DNA of 38,670 nt from an uncultured Aminicenantes bacterium (GTDB lineage Bacteria; Acidobacteriota; Aminicenantia; UBA2199). Location of the stretch: NCBI GenBank assembly GCA_965195285.1, contig CBDAFS010000036.1, positions 1 through 38,670 on the forward strand, written 5' to 3'. This document shows positions 37,260 through 38,670 of the stretch, piece by piece. The stretch's first letter is position 1. Each line of letters starts with the position of its first letter. Below the pieces are notes generated by a model. That model saw nothing but the letters and a program-made list of their open reading frames with translations, did not search any database and was not told the DNA's origin. Position numbers and translations under genes: made by a program.

Positions 37260-38669
37260 TTACTTAATGACTTTCTCAATCTTTCTTTCACTTTTCACTC
37301 CGTATACATTGAGGTACTCCTCTTCCAGATCGGGATTCAGGATTAGTTGTATTCCGGATCCGTCATAACAATCCAGGTCAAATTCAGACATGTGACCGGA
37401 ATCATAAATGGACCGGACAAGCTCCCGATAGGACTCCGGCAGGGGTTGACCTACCTGGCATTTCCAGGTTTCCATAACGATCTGGCTGGCTTTGTTGGCA
37501 TAAAGGATCAGACCTTCTTTGGAAATTCTCATGATCGGATTGGGACACTCACTGACCAGTTTGGCCAGTTTGCCCATGGCCTCACTGGTTTTTTCGAGCC
37601 TCTCCTTGATCCACGTGAGTTCGGTAACATCAATATTAACACCTAAAATCCCCTTTATGGCCTGTTCGTACTTTATGGGAAAGATGATATTATGAATATA
37701 CTTATCACCTTCTTTCATATGAATAACCTCTTCACCCCTGACCACTTCACCGTTAAATGCACGCTTATTATTTCGCCTCCATATTTCCAGTGTATTCGAA
37801 TCCGGGCAAATATCTATCGGGCGTTTTCCAATAATATCACCCCAGTGTTCCCGACAGGTGGCATTTTGCATGATATATCTGCTGTTTTCATCTATTAGAA
37901 AGAAATCAAACGGAAGACATTCAATAATGGTCCGGAGGCGGTTCTCGCTTTGGCGAAGTTCATCCTCCACCCGCTTTCGTTCAGTGATGTCTCTTCCAAA
38001 ACTAACAGTTCCGATGATTTCTTCATCTTTATAAATAGGTGCTGTATTAACCGACAACGTTATTTGTTTTTTTCTGCTGGGACCATGAATCCTTACTTCA
38101 TAATGTTGAGGATTTCCTTCTAAAGTTTTTTTAAAAACATCAAAAACCATTTCTAAATCTTCTTCTACAATTATTGGAATAAATCCTTTGCTGATTCCTT
38201 CTATTATCTTATACCCTGTAATTTCTTCAAATTTTTTATTGATGTATATAAAATTCCCTTTTTTATCCAAAGTCCATATCATGTCATTGGAATATTTGAT
38301 CATGGTCATGTATTTTTCTTCGCTTTGGCGAAGTTCATTCTCTACCCGCTTTCGTTCGGCTATCTCTCGTTCCAGTTCAATATTTTTATCTTCAAGCTGC
38401 ATATGTGTCCGGCTTTGCTCCAAATGGTTTTTGATCCGGGAAATGAGTTCCTTTTCCTTGCAGGGTTTTATGATATAATCCGAACCGCCCGAGGAAAAGC
38501 CACGGACAATATCGCTGGTGTCGGACAATCCGCTCAGGAAGATGATGGGAACCTTGCTGCTCTTTTCCTCCATACGCAAGCGCCGGCAAACCTCAAATCC
38601 GTCGATATCGGGCAGGCGAATATCCAGTAATATCAGATCGGGAACATCCCTCTTCACCAATTCCAGAGC
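37260..38669 (-). CDS. Response-regulator receiver plus PAS domains; 5' end lies outside the window
   Basis: 'PDLILLDIRLPDIDGFEVC', 'PIIFLS' and 'DYIIKP' for REC; PAS/PAC 'GRDITERKR' and 'NIDVTE'. The frame is open to the window edge. Confidence 0.85.
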   Translation of the reverse strand, partial: ALELVKRDVPDLILLDIRLPDIDGFEVCRRLRMEEKSSKVPIIFLSGLSDTSDIVRGFSSGGSDYIIKPCKEKELISRIKNHLEQSRTHMQLEDKNIELEREIAERKRVENELRQSEEKYMTMIKYSNDMIWTLDKKGNFIYINKKFEEITGYKIIEGISKGFIPIIVEEDLEMVFDVFKKTLEGNPQHYEVRIHGPSRKKQITLSVNTAPIYKDEEIIGTVSFGRDITERKRVEDELRQSENRLRTIIECLPFDFFLIDENSRYIMQNATCREHWGDIIGKRPIDICPDSNTLEIWRRNNKRAFNGEVVRGEEVIHMKEGDKYIHNIIFPIKYEQAIKGILGVNIDVTELTWIKERLEKTSEAMGKLAKLVSECPNPIMRISKEGLILYANKASQIVMETWKCQVGQPLPESYRELVRSIYDSGHMSEFDLDCYDGSGIQLILNPDLEEEYLNVYGVKSERKIEKVIK

Positions 38670-38670
38670 C

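Noticed and set aside
1-38670. Integrase, transposase, tRNA or rRNA marking an island boundary or driving cassette exchange
   Set aside because: None was recognisable. Any cassette switching would need host recombination or a factor encoded elsewhere, so that mechanism remains unproven.

Overview
Bacterial window with three parts. (1) 76-6896: a minus-strand cluster of envelope genes (DUF481-like barrel, POTRA/Omp85, a secreted protein with an RG-rich tail, FadL-like barrel, DUF4136-like lipoprotein), sharing a palindromic upstream motif. (2) 7209-29685: a ~22 kb plus-strand putative immunity or conflict locus. It holds a DUF4062-NACHT STAND NTPase with no C-terminal sensor, an RCK/RyR channel-like protein, a ClpA/C-like ATPase, a PfkB-like/AAA+/RyR protein, an MshEN-TIR fusion, four tandem stand-alone WD40 genes and a metallophosphoesterase. 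The WD40 genes have conserved termini and divergent interiors, and each starts with the helical segment missing from the NACHT C-terminus. Two micro-ORFs absent from the ORF track link these parts. One is a 35-aa 'empty cassette' (WD40-gene start joined to WD40-gene end) overlapping the NACHT stop codon, one base out of frame at a C5 run. The other is a 58-aa ORF holding only the N-terminal module. Together these suggest a split, cassette-diversified bacterial NLR. (3) 29726-38670: a 22-nt-period hairpin array, a large orphan gene, a fifth inverted WD40 cassette, an HD hydrolase and a REC-PAS gene cut by the window edge. No rRNA, tRNA, CRISPR array, integrase or reverse transcriptase was seen. 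Domain calls come from reading motifs by eye, not from database searches.
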